Numbered from the stretch's first letter, positions 37,863 to 48,640 are shown. The stretch is 64,000 nt of DNA from an uncultured Chloroflexia bacterium (GCA_963721545.1 CAVRKB010000005.1:1432-65431); one strand, 5' to 3'. Program-made: numbers and translations. Notes: a model not told the origin generated them from the sequence alone.

Positions 37863-40107
37863 ATGCGTCGCCTGTCCCGCCTCCTCCCCGGCCTGCTCCT
37901 GGCGCTGTCGCTGGCGGCCGTCGCGAGCGCGGCGTCCCCGTCGCCGGCAGCGACGACGCCACCGCCCGGACCGCCCTATCCCGGAGCCGGTCGTGGGCCG
38001 GGCCGTGTACGACTTCGCCGGGGTCCTGCGTCCGGAGACGGTCGCCCAGGCCGAGGCGATCGTCGACGCCATCGAGGCGCAGACGCAGGGCCGAGGTCGT
38101 GGTCTACACCCAGGCCCTCGGGCGCGACGACATCACGACCGAGGAAGCCGAGGCCCACGCCGCCGCGCTGATGGACGAATGGGGCATCGGGCGGGCCGGG
38201 ATCAACGACGGCCTGGTCATCCTGCTCGACCTCGACACGAGCCTGGAGCACGGCCAGGTCCAGCTCTACGCCGGATCCGGCTTCGCCGAGCGATACATGA
38301 CCGTGGACCAGCTCCAGGACGTCTACCAGAACGGCGATGCTGCCGTACCTGGCCACGGCGACCTCGACACCGCGGTGCTCGTCGCCCTCGGCGAGGTCGT
38401 CGGGGGCACGCTCAAGGCCCCGGAGCCGCCGGGCAGCGTCGAACGTCGGCCCACCGCCCGGCCCGCCGTTCCCGGAACCCGAGGTCGACCGGGCGGTCTA
38501 CGACTACGCCGGGATCCTGTCCGGCGACGCGATCGTCAAGGCCGAGGCGACGATCGACGCGATCGAGGCGCGGACCGGCGCCGAGGTCGTGGTCTACACC
38601 CAGGACAGCGGCGAGTATCCGACGACCGAGGAGACCGAGGCCAAGGCGCGCGCGCTGATGGACCAATGGGGCATCGGCCGGGCCGGGTTCAACGACGGGC
38701 TGGTGATCTTCTTCGACATGGACCCGAGCCTCGAGCACGGCCAGGTCCAGCTGTACGCGGGTCCCGGGTTCGAGGCGACGTACCTCTCGAACCAGGAGCG
38801 CCAGTCGATCTACGAGAACGACATGCTCCCCCACCTCCTCTCGGGGGACTTCGATGCGGCCCTCGCCGCCGCGCTCGACAAGGTGGATCGGGCCGCGAGC
38901 GCCGATCATGCCGCGGACCTCCAGCGCGCCCGCCAGCTCAACGCGGTGGTCGGGCTCGTCGGCGCACCGATCGTGTTCATGGGCCTCGTCGGGTGGGCCG
39001 TCTGGAACTGGCGCCGCTTCGGCAAGGACCCCGTCTACCTCGACGATCCGTCGGTCCTGATCCCGGCCCCACCACCCGACCTGACCGCGGCCTCAGGCGC
39101 GATGATCATGGACGGGGTGACGTCGCGACGGGCCCTGACGACGGCCATGCTCGACCTCGCCTCGCGCGGGTTGATCGCCTTCCGCGACGAGCCCGGCATC
39201 CTGTGGCAGGCGCACAAGGTCGGCATCGACGTCGCGCCCGCCGCCGGGCGACGCCGTGACCGAGGCGCAGCGCCAGCGCAACCAGCGACGGCCGACCGGC
39301 CCGGCCGAGGAGATCGCGCTCGATCGCCTGCGCCAGGTCGGCGATACGGGCTTCATCGAGCCGGACGAGCTGCCGAAGTTCGGTCCCCACGTCCCCGATT
39401 TCGACAAGGCGCTCGAGGGCCACGTCGTGGCCAAGGGCTGGTTCGGGGAGCGCCCGAGCAAGGTCGTCTCGCGCTGGGCCGGCCGGGGCGGGCTGGTGAT
39501 CGTCGGCGGCGTCGTGGCGGTGATCGCCGGGCTCAACATCCCGTTCTCGGGCCTGACCCTGATCGGCGGGGCCGCGATCGCGGCCGGAGTCGTCATCCTG
39601 TTCCTGGCCCGGGCGATGCCGGCGGTGACGATGGCCGGGGCGATGATCCGGGCGATGCTCGCGGCGTATCGGCGGACGCTCCAGAAGACGATGGCCCAGG
39701 CCCGCTCGATGGAGCAGGTCGTGGCGGAGGCCGGTCTCGACTGGCTCGACACGCCCGACCAGGCGGTCGTGTGGGGGACGGCGCTCGGCCTCCAGGGCGA
39801 CATCGAGGGCGTCCTGGGGCGCAGCCTCGAGGATGTCCAGGAAGGACGGACGGCGAGCGGCGCGTTGCCGTACTTCCCGGCCTGGTACCAGACGTCGAGC
39901 GGTACGCCGTTCGTGGGCGGCGCCGACGCAGGCGGCAGCGGCGGCAGCATCTTCTCCGACTCGGGCATCCCCGACGTGGGCGGGATGATGTCGGCGCTCG
40001 GGACGATCGGCAACTCGCCGTCGTCGTCGGGCGGCGGCGGAGGTGGCGGCGGGTTCGGCGGCGGGTCGTCGGGCGGTGGCGGCGGGGGCGCCGGCGGCGG
40101 GTTCTAG
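37863..40107 (+). pseudogene. Secreted/membrane protein with two tandem TPM (phosphatase-like) domains fused to a DUF2207-like multi-TM region and Gly-rich tail; 3-4 frame changes
   Basis: The signal is MRRLSRLLPGLLLALSLAAVASA. TPM copy 1 is VYDFAGVLRPE..VVVYTQALG..WGIGRAGINDGLVILLDLDTSLEHGQVQLYAGSGF. TPM copy 2 is VYDYAGILSGD..VVVYTQDSG..WGIGRAGFNDGLVIFFDMDPSLEHGQVQLYAGPGF. TM helices follow, then ..SSSGGGGGGGGFGGGSSGGGGGGAGGGF*. Confidence 0.7.
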
Positions 40108-40778
40108 GCGGGTTCCTCGGGCCCGACCCCGAACAGGTCGAGGCACGCGTCGAGGCCCTCGATCTCGAGTGGCGGCCGTGGCCGGGCACGCCAGCCCTCG
40201 ACCGTCATCCGGAAGCGCTGCGTCTCTCGTGCGACGCCCTGGGGGGCCAGGCTGCCGAACCCGTTCGGCTCGTAGCCGAGCGCGCGCGACACGCCATTCG
40301 AGGCCGCGTTGTCGAGGAACGCCGACGACTCGGCGAACAGCGCCCCGAGCCCATCGAAGGCGAGACCGAGGACTGCGGCGCGCATCTCCTTGCCGAACCC
40401 ACGACCCTGGAACTGGAGCCCGAGCCACGATCCGGTCGCCACGGTGCGGTGGATCGCGAAGGCCTCCGCATCGAGCGACTGTGAGCCGATCGGCTGGCCC
40501 TCCCATTCGACCATCATGTTGAGGAACCAGTGATCGGGCGACCAGGCACCGCGGGCGCGCCAGTAGTGCTGGAGGAATCCACGCTCGAAGGCGGGGCTCG
40601 GGAGCGTCGACCAGGCGACGCCGAAGGGCATCTCGTCGGGCGGGTGGATGCCGGCCTTGCCCAGGTCCAGGAGCGGCGGCAGCTCGGCTTCGGTCGGCGT
40701 TCGCAGCTCGAGCCGCTCCGTGCGCAGGCGGAGCCCGAAGAGCGGCCAGGCGTCGGTCAGCGTCGTGTGGGCGGCCAT
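40104..40778 (-). CDS. GNAT-family N-acetyltransferase
   Basis: The translation reads MAAHTTLTDAWPLFGLRLRTERLELRTPTEAEL...LGLQFQGRGFGKEMRAAVLGLAFDGLGA... The longer 338-aa ORF upstream of this Met is not protein-like. Confidence 0.75.
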   Translation of the reverse strand: MAAHTTLTDAWPLFGLRLRTERLELRTPTEAELPPLLDLGKAGIHPPDEMPFGVAWSTLPSPAFERGFLQHYWRARGAWSPDHWFLNMMVEWEGQPIGSQSLDAEAFAIHRTVATGSWLGLQFQGRGFGKEMRAAVLGLAFDGLGALFAESSAFLDNAASNGVSRALGYEPNGFGSLAPQGVARETQRFRMTVEGWRARPRPPLEIEGLDACLDLFGVGPEEPA

Positions 40779-40803
40779 GGGCGCCCGACGGTACACTCCG
40801 CCC

Positions 40804-41133
40804 ATGGGTGCTGTCGAGACGATGGAAGACTTCTTCGAGAAGCTGAACACCGGTGATCGCGAGGCCGCGGTCGCGCTGATGGACGACCGGACGGAGATGC
40901 GCGTGCACGTCGGCGACAGCGTCCAGACGCTGCGCGGCGTCGAGCGCGTCGGGGGCTGGTTCCTGCGCGGCGAGAAGGGCCTGAAGATGATCCCGGGCGA
41001 GATCCGCGACACCGGCAACACCTGGGAGGCGGACCTGCTCGTCGTCCGGCCGGGCGCCCAGAGCCAGCACATCGACGCCACGTTCCGGGTCGAAGCGGGC
41101 AAGATCACCGCGATCAACATCGCGCCGCGCTAG
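40804..41133 (+). CDS. SnoaL/NTF2-like small protein
   Basis: MGAVETMEDFFEKLNTGDREAAVALMDDRTEMRV... is typical of a ketosteroid-isomerase-like fold (109 aa). Confidence 0.55.
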   Translation: MGAVETMEDFFEKLNTGDREAAVALMDDRTEMRVHVGDSVQTLRGVERVGGWFLRGEKGLKMIPGEIRDTGNTWEADLLVVRPGAQSQHIDATFRVEAGKITAINIAPR

Positions 41134-41172
41134 CGCGTCGGGCGGCCGTCCCGGGCGTTGCGGGCTGCGGCC

Positions 41173-42382
41173 CTAGCTCGGTGACGGCTCGGTCGTGTCG
41201 GGGCTGGCTTCCTCGAGCGTCGGCGGGAGCGGGATGATGATCTCGTCACCGATCGCGATCTTGTTCGGGTCCTTGATCGTCTCCGTGTTGGCCGCCAGCA
41301 GCACGTCGAGCGTCAATCCGAAGCGCTTGGCGATCTTCGACAGCGTGTCGCCCTGCTTGATGACGTAGACCTGCGGCGTCGGTGCGGGCGGCGCCGTCGG
41401 CGAAGGGACGGCCGTCGCCACCGGTCGGCTCGGGCTGGGGCTCGCCGAGCCACCACCGCCCCCGATGCCCAGCAGCGCCGGGAGCATGAACAGCGCCAGC
41501 GCGGCGATGCCGACGGCACCGGCCAGCACGGCGACGCGCGGCAGGCCGGGCATCCCGGGCCGGGCCTTGATCGTCGGGTAGGCCTCGTAGCGGCGCATCC
41601 GCTCCCACGACGGACCGGCGATCTCGGGCCCCGACGGCCGGGTCGAGCTGACGGCCGGGCGGCCGCCCGTGGCACTCGATGGCGGGTACGCACCGGCGGA
41701 CGACGGTGGCGATGCGGCGGGCGGCCGCGCCTGGACGAGATCCGCGAGGTCGCCGTCGGCGGCGGTCGAGGCCGCGCCCGCGGCCGATGCGGTCCAGGCC
41801 GCGCTCGGCGTGGCGGGTGGCGGACCGCCGGCCAGCTGGTCGGCGGCGCTCCCTGCCAGACCGCGGCCCTCGACCGACTTGCTCGCCAGCAGCTCCGACC
41901 CGTCGGGGCTCGATCCGGCCGCCCGGCTCGTGCTCGCCGCACCGGTCGCCCACGGCGGCGGCGCCGCCCAGTCGCGCGGCGGGTTGCGCCGGACCGGCGG
42001 GTCCTCGGGCGGAGCGGCCGGTGGCGGACCCGGGCGGGCGTCGTCGATCAGCTCGTCATTCCAGGCGGATCCGGCTCCGACCGCCGCGGCCCCGGCGATC
42101 GCTCCTGCCCCGGCCGCCGCGTCCTCGCCGGAGCGAGCGGCGTCGGCCTCTCGCCTGGGCCGCCTCGCGCCGCGCCCAATCCTGGAACGTCGGGCAGACG
42201 GGAAACGCGCTCGACAGGCAGTACGCCTCCTGGTGAGCGAGCGCGCGCGGTGCCGGCGGCGATTCGGCGAAGCAGCGATGGCGGTGGTCGGGACTCGGCG
42301 AGCGCGAATCGCGGTCGTCACCGAACGCGACGAACGGACAGGCCGGGGCACCGTCCATGCTGGGCAGCCCTCGCTCAGTCAT
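41173..42382 (-). pseudogene. LysM-domain protein with N-terminal Cys/His-rich module, Pro/Ala-rich linker and TM segment; one frame change near 42150
   Basis: The N-terminus MTERGLPSMDGAPACPFVAFGDDRDSRSPSPDHRHRCFAE..HQEAYCLSSAFPVCPTFQDW is in ORF 42056..42499. The TM segment is VAVLAGAVGIAALALFMLPALLG. The C-terminal LysM is YVIKQGDTLSKIAKRFGLTLDVLLAANTE..IAIGDEIIIP. Confidence 0.65.
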
Positions 42383-42471
42383 CGCCCGCGATGATACCCG
42401 GCCATCCGGGCCGTGAACGACGACGCTCGAAATTCTGCGTCGTCGCGCCTCGCGGCCGCCTCGCAGCACGT

Positions 42472-42507
42472 TTGACACGCCCCATTGCGGCTCCGACACT
42501 TCAATGG
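42472..42507 (+). promoter_or_regulatory. Putative sodN promoter (TTGACA-17nt-GACACT) overlapped by inverted repeat CCATTG-N14-CAATGG
   Basis: TTGACA lies at 42472-42477 and GACACT at 42495-42500. The inverted-repeat arms lie at 42482-42487 and 42502-42507, about 50 nt upstream of the sodN ATG. Confidence 0.3.
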
Positions 42508-42558
42508 ACCCTCCGAGGCGGTAGCCTCACCTCCCCAGGCCCAGTGCGAAGGAGTCCC

Positions 42559-42990
42559 ATGAACCGTTTGACGCGTCGGCTCGCCCCGACCACCACCGTC
42601 CGCGCGCACTGCGACCTGCCCTGTGGCGTGTACGACCCGGAGCAGGCCCGGATCGAGGCCGAATCGTTCCTCCGGATCATGGAGAAGTACCAGGCCAACA
42701 GTGACGAGACCTTCCGCGCCCGCGCGATCGGGATCAAGGAGGAGCGGGCGGAGCTGGTCAAGCACCACCTCGACGTCCTGTGGCACGACTACTTCAAGCC
42801 CGAGCACGTCGAGAAGGTGCCGAACCTCCACGACCTGTTCTGGAAGGCGACCAAGGCCGCATCCAAGGTCAAGGCGTCGGTCGACCCGGCCGACGGCCAG
42901 GCGCTGCTCGACCTGATCGACGAAGTGGACGCCGCGTGGAAGGCCACGGGCGGCGCGGAGAAGACGCGGGTCGCCGGCCGGCCGGCCTGA
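42559..42990 (+). CDS. sodN: Nickel-containing superoxide dismutase precursor
   Basis: GAAGGAG lies 6 nt before the ATG. The leader MNRLTRRLAPTTTVRA is followed by the Ni-hook HCDLPCGVYDP. The rest matches the NiSOD four-helix-bundle pattern (..VKHHLDVLWHDYFKPEH..). Confidence 0.92.
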   Translation: MNRLTRRLAPTTTVRAHCDLPCGVYDPEQARIEAESFLRIMEKYQANSDETFRARAIGIKEERAELVKHHLDVLWHDYFKPEHVEKVPNLHDLFWKATKAASKVKASVDPADGQALLDLIDEVDAAWKATGGAEKTRVAGRPA

Positions 42991-43009
42991 CATCGAAGCG
43001 CGCGGCCCC

Positions 43010-43463
43010 GTGAAGCCCCGTCGGACGGCGGGGCTTCGACGCGTCCTGGGCCCGTGGCGCGTGGCCGTCGTCGAGGCCAGCATGGCGCCCGCGATCGAGC
43101 CCGGTGACTGGCTGCTCGTCGACCCGACCACGATCCGCTGGCCACGCCGCGGGTCGGTCGTTGTCGTCCGCGAGCCCGACGGCGGCGCCCTCGCGATCAA
43201 GCGCGTCGCGGCCGGCCCGGGTGATCGGGTCGCATTCGCCGAGGGGTACCTCGAGCTCGCCGACGACGAGGCGTGGCTGCTGGCCGACGCAACGACGAGA
43301 GACCGCCGAGGCTCGCGGGTTCGGCGAGCCGATCGACTCGCGCCGCTACGGCCCGGTGCCGGTTGAGCTCCTGATCGGGCGGGCCTGGTTCCGCTACGCG
43401 CCGCTCAACCGGCTCGGCCGGATCGCGCGGCCGAGTCGACGGGTCGCGACCCAGCTTCACTGA
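43010..43463 (+). pseudogene. sodX: NiSOD maturation protease (S26 signal-peptidase-like); one frame change near 43300
   Basis: It lies immediately downstream of sodN. The S26 catalytic context is VEASMAPAIEPGDWLLVDP..LAIKRVAAGPGDRV... The C-terminus ..GFGEPIDSRRYGPVPVELLIGRAWFRYAPLNR.. is in ORF 43104..43463. Confidence 0.7.
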
Positions 43464-44366
43464 CGGGCGCCTGGCCAAGGGTCTCGCCCAGCTCGATGCC
43501 GGCGGCGCGGCAGTCCTCCGCGAACGCCGCCTGCGCTTCGAGTGTCGGCGACCAGCGGGTCGGGAAGCAGACGATCCGGTCGAGCCCGACCTCGGCGAAC
43601 CCGGCGAGGGCATCGATCCGGGCCTGCCCCGCGTCGCGCATCTCCTCGTCCCGGGCGTACAGCGAGAAGCGGAGCGTCGACGGGTCGCGTCCCTCGGCCT
43701 CGCACCGCGCGCGGACGGCGGGGATCCGGAGGGCGATCTCGGCGGGCGTCAGGAACACGTAGTTGAGCTCGTCCGCGTGGCGGATCGCGTAGCCGGCGGT
43801 CACCCGCTCGCCGTTGCCGCCGACGATGATCGGGATGTGCGGTCTGGAGGCCCTTCGGGACGTTGATCGCACCGCGGACGTGCGCGACCTTGCCCTCGAA
43901 CGTCGCCCGGCCCGGGCCGAGCATCGCCCGGATGACCTCGAGATGGTCACCGAACGCCGCCATCCGCTCGCCGAGCGTCGGGAAGCCGTAGCCGTACGCC
44001 CGCCACTCCTCTTCCTTCCAGCCGGCGCCGATCCCGAGCTCGAAGCGACCGCCGCTGATGACGTCGATGGTCGAGGCCATCTTGGCCGTCAGCGCCGGGT
44101 TGCGGAACCCGGTGCACACGACCATGTGGCCGAGGCGGACCCGGTCGGTGGCCATCGCCAGCGCGGACAGCATCGAGAACGACTCGAAGGTGATCTCGTC
44201 GGATCGGCTGCGGGACGGTGTGGAAGTGGTCGAACACCCAGAGCGACTCGAAGCCGAGCCCTTCGGCCTGCGTCGCGAGCTCGATCGTCCGCGCCCAGGC
44301 CTCGCCCGGCTGCCAGCCGTCGAACTCGCCCTTCCAGCCCTGCGCCGCCATCAATCCGACCTGCAT
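43405..44366 (-). pseudogene. Luciferase-like monooxygenase (LLM) family oxidoreductase, probably F420-dependent class; about 3 frame changes
   Basis: The start is MQVGLMAAQGWKGEFDGW..AEGLGFESLWVFDHF... ..MLSALAMATDRVRLGHMVVCTGFRNPALTAKMASTIDVISGGRFELGIGAGW.. follows. ..IIVGGNGERVTAGYAIRHADELN.. lies in a different frame. Confidence 0.75.
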
Positions 44367-44532
44367 CCATGCCCTCCACGCTGTGCCGCGCCTCGTCCGG
44401 TCGCGAGGACGCCTCCAATGGTGAAGCCTCGCGCGGCAGTGGCGTCGGTGCGGCGCTGTCGCGTCGCGCGGGCCGGGCGCCCGGCGGCCGGCCGGCGGGC
44501 TATCCTCGGCGCCTGCCGCTGGAGCCGCCCCA

Positions 44533-45748
44533 ATGTCCGCCGAGACCGCCAAGTCCGCTGAGCCTGCCTTCGACCCTGCCGCGCCACTCCCCGGCCCGCC
44601 CGATCCGTGGGCCTCGACCGGGACGCCGAGCACCCGCTCGGGGCCGCCGTATCACATGACCGACATGATCGCCGCCGAGCCGGCCCTCGCGCTGCGACTG
44701 CTCGAGCGGCTGTCGGGCCCGGGCCCGGCCGCCGACCTGGCGGAGGTCATCCGGGCGACGCTCAACGCGGGTGAGCCCGTCGTCATGACCGGCTGCGGCA
44801 CGTCCGAGCACGCGGCACAGGCCGCGGCCGGGATCCTCCGCGAGGCGGCCGTCGCGGCGGGCTTCGCGACGGCGAACATCACCAGCGAGCAGGCCTTCGA
44901 GCTGTCGCTCCGGCCGATGGCCGAAGGGGTCGTGATCGGCGTCACGCACGAGGGCGGGACGGCCGCCACGAACGCGGCGCTGGCGGCGGCCCGGGGCGCC
45001 GGCCGGCATACGGCGGTGCTGACGGTCAGCCGTCGCGCGCCCGCCGGCGCGCTTGGCCGACATCGCGGTCGAGACCGACGAGCTCGACCAGGGCTGGTGC
45101 CACATCGTCGGCTACCTCAGCCCGATCCTGGCCACCGCGGCCGTCGCGGCACACCTGACCGGGCGGCCGGTCGATGCCGCCGCGGTGGCCGATCTCCTCG
45201 CCGCCGGCGCGCGGGACGAGACGGGCGCCGAGCGGATCGCGGCCGGGCTCGCCGACGCGCGCCAGCTCATCGTCGTGGCATCGGGAGCCGATCGGCCGGC
45301 CGGCCGCGAGCTCGTGCTCAAGGTCGAAGAGGCGTCCTGGCTCCCGTCCGCCTACCGCGACCTCGAGACGTTCCTGCACGGACACCTCCCGGCGACTGAC
45401 GCATCCACGGGGCTCGTGCTGATCCTCGCCGACCGCGACCACCGGTCCGAACGACTGGCGCGCGCACGGCAGGTGCTGGCGGCAGCCCAGGTGCTCGGTT
45501 TGCGGAGCGCCGCGATCCTGGCCTCGGACGTGGACGGCGCGCTCGATCCGGGCCTGACCCCGCTCGGCAGGCTGGTCGTCGCCGAGGCACCGGCGTTGCC
45601 GTCGGGCCTGGCCGCGCTGGCCGGCACGGCCACGCCGCTCCAGCTGCTCACCGAGCGGCTGGCCCGTGCTCGAGGCACCAACCCCGACCCGATCCGCCGC
45701 GACGACCCCGTCTACCGGGCCGCGTCCGACGCCGCCGAGGCGGCGTAG
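44533..45748 (+). pseudogene. SIS-domain (sugar isomerase / GlmS-C-like) protein; one frame change near 45050
   Basis: The first part reads ..EPVVMTGCGTSEHAAQAAAGILRE..VIGVTHEGGTAATNAAL... It continues in ORF 45053..45748 (..HIVGYLSPILATAAV..IVVASGADRPAGRELVLKVEEASWLP..). Confidence 0.7.
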
Positions 45749-45764
45749 GGACGCGGACCTCTCG

Positions 45765-46900
45765 CTACGCCCGGAGCTCCGCGTAGAACGCACGGATGTC
45801 ACCGACGAGCAGGTCGGGCACCTTGTGCGCCGCGAAATGGCCGCCGTGGCTGAGCGTCGTCCAGCGAACGATGTTCTTGTGGTCGCGCTCGGCGAAGCGG
45901 CGGATACCGCTGAAGTCGCCACCGAACGCGGCGAGACCGAGCGGCACGGTCGTCGGCTCGGTCGGGCGGTCGGTCGCGTGGGCGTTCTCGTAGTAGAGCC
46001 GCGCCGAGGACGCCGCCGTGCCGGTCAGCCAGTACAGCATCACGTTCGACAGCGCGAAGTCCGGGTCGAGGTCCTCGCCGAGGAGCTGGGCGTTCCAGGC
46101 CAGCAGGCCGACCGGCGAGTCGTTGATCGCGTAGGCCAGCGTCTGGGGCTGCTGCGCCATGAGGGTGTTGAACGAGAACTTGTTCTCGACGAACCACTGG
46201 AGCGTCGCGAGCTCGCTCGTCTCCTGCTCGGTCATGCCCGCGAACTCGGACGGGTCGCCGGACGGGAACGAGAAGATCTGCGTGACGTGGACGCCGACGA
46301 CGTGCTCGGGATCGAGCCGTCCGACCTCCGGGGAGATCATCGAGCCCGCGTCGTTGCCGGCCGCGCCGTAGCGGTCGTAGCCGAGCCGGCGCATCAGCTC
46401 CACCCAGGCCGCGGCGATCCGGTAGTTGGTCCAGCCGGGCTCGCGGGTCGGGCCCGAGAAGCCATAGCCGGGCAGCGACGGGATGACCAGGTGGAACGCG
46501 GTGGCCGGGTCGCCGCCATGGGCGCGGGGATCGGTCAGCGGGTCGATGACGTCGAGGAACTCCACGATCGAGCCCGGCCAGCCGTGGGTCAGGATCAGCG
46601 GCAGCGCGTCGGGCTCGGGCGATCGAACGTGGAGGAAGTGGACGGTCTGGCCGTCGATCTCGGTCGTGAACTGCGGGTAGTGGTTGATCCGGGCCTCGAC
46701 CGCGCGCCAGTCGTAGCCGCTCCGCCAGTGATCGGCGAGCGTGCGGACGTACGACTGGCGGCACGCCGTACTCGCCACCGCCCGGGAGCTCGTCGGGCCA
46801 GCGCGTCCGGTCGAGCCGCGCCCGGAGGTCGTCGAGGTCGGCTTGCGGGATGTCGATCGTGAACGGGCGGATCGTCGCGTCGGGCGTCGTCGTCGGCCAT
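45765..46900 (-). pseudogene. Epoxide hydrolase (alpha/beta fold with EHN N-terminal domain); frame change a few codons after the start and one near 46770
   Basis: The ATG at 46900 has AGGAGG 7 nt upstream, but the reading MADDDA.. shifts into ..[29 protein letters not shown]... The body carries ..[14 protein letters not shown].., ..GNDAGSMIS.. and ..[14 protein letters not shown]... Confidence 0.8.
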
Positions 46901-46979
46901 CGGGGCACCTCCTGGCTCCAACTGGAACGGAACGAAGTGTTCCGTTCCATTATCGCTCCAAAACCTGTATCCTGTCCAG

Positions 46980-47629
46980 ATGGAACACGCCGCTGAACGC
47001 CCGTTGAGTGGTCGCCGCAGCCAGGCGATCCGCAACGATGCGCGCATCCTCGAGGCGGCCCGCGACGATCTTCGTCGCGGACCCGGACGCGCCCGTGTCG
47101 GCCGTCGCGGCGCGGGCCGGCGTCGGGATCAGCGCGCTCTACCGGCGGTACCCGAGCAAGGAAGACCTCCTGCGCCAGCTGGCGCGCGACGGGCTGCGCA
47201 GGTACATCATCGAGGCCGAGGCCGCCGTCGCGGACGAGGGCGACCGTGGGAGGCGTTCGTCGACTTCATGCAGCCGGATCCTGGACGCCGAGGTCCATGC
47301 GATCACGATCAGCCTCGCTGGGACGTTCGCTCCCGACCGACTGACCTGATGGCCGACGCCGCCCGATCAGCGGAGCTGAACGCCCAGCTCGTCGAGCGAA
47401 CGAAAGCAGCCGGCGGACTTCGCGCCGGACATCGAGGTCGACGACCTGTCGCTGATCCTCGAGCAGCTGGCCTCGATCCACCTCGGCGACGAGCGGCGGA
47501 CGCGCGAGCTTCGGCACCGCTACCTGATGCTGTTCCTCGCTGGGCTCCGCGTCGACCGGCCGGATCTGCCCGGACCGCCGCCGGCGCCGCAGGAGCTCGC
47601 GCGAGCGCTGGATCCCGCGTCCTCGCTAG
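46980..47629 (+). pseudogene. TetR-family transcriptional regulator; about 3 frame changes; 3' end uncertain
   Basis: The HTH ..[32 protein letters not shown].. is in ORF 47008..47349 frame. The N-terminal ..[17 protein letters not shown].. and the C-terminal ..LILEQLASIHLGDERRTRELRHRYLMLFLAGL.. lie in other frames. Confidence 0.65.
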
Positions 47630-48620
47630 AACCCGTCGACCAGGACCTCGCCGATGACGTCGATCATGTCGAGGTCCCACGGCAGGAAGTCCTGGAGCAT
47701 GATCCGCTCGACCCCGGCCGCCTCGAACCGGCGGACCATGGCGCGCGCCTCGTCCGGCGTGCCGGTGATCCAGCGGCCGAGTCGCTGGTCGAGCCAGGCG
47801 CCGATCGTCGTCGCCCGACCCGAACGCGCGGACCGCCGCCGACAGCCGGTCGGCCACCTCCGCCTCGGTCCGCCCGATGAGCACGCCGGCCATCGTCGAG
47901 TGGGTCAGCGTCGCGGGGGCGCGACCGATCGCGTCGCATGCCGCGTCGACCGCGGCGAAGGCTTCCCGCGCCTTGTCCGGACCCGACGAGCTGAGGTTGA
48001 ACTCGTCCGCCCAGCGTGCCGCCAACCGGTAGGAGCGCGGCGTCCCCTGGCCGCCGACCAGCAGCCTCGGGCGCGCGCCACCGATCGGCGTCCGCGGCCG
48101 GCCCGGGACGTCGACCGGCTTGGGGTGGAACTGGGCGTCGCGGATCGTCACCTGGTGGCCGTCGAACGACCAGCCGTCCGGCTCGCCCCACAGGCCGTGG
48201 AGGATCGCCAGCTCGTCCTCCATCAGGTCGGCCGCGCTCCTTGATCGGCGGGAAGGCGAGCCCCAGCTGACGGTGCTCCAGGTCATTCCAGCCGGCGCCG
48301 ACGCCGACCTCGATCCGGCCGCCGCTCATCTCGTCGACCGTGGTCACGACCTTGGCGAAGGTGCCCGGGTGGCGGAAGGTGACCGGCGCGACGAGGACGC
48401 CGAGCCCGATCCGGTCGGTCTCGCGGGCCAGGCCGGCCATGACCGTCCAGGCGTCGGTCGTCGGCTGGCCGGCCGGCCCCGGAAAGCTCTGGTAGTGGTC
48501 GGACCGGAAGAGGGTCTCGATGCCGTTCGCCTCGGCTCGCTTGGCGATCGCGACATGGTCGCCGTAGCTGAGGCCCTGCTGGGACTCGAGCATGAGGGCG
48601 AAGCGCATCGGGTCCTCCAT
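47626..48620 (-). pseudogene. Luciferase-like monooxygenase (LLM) family oxidoreductase, probably F420-dependent class; about 3 frame changes
   Basis: The start is MEDPMRFALMLESQQGLSYGDHVAIAKRAEANGIETLFRSDHY..GRIEVGVGAGWNDLEH... ..ILHGLWGEPDGWSFDGHQVTIRDA.. follows. The C-terminus ..GVERIMLQDFLPWDLDMIDVIGEVLVDGF* ends at 47626. Confidence 0.75.
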
Positions 48621-48640
48621 CGAGCTGGCGTGGCCGCCGT

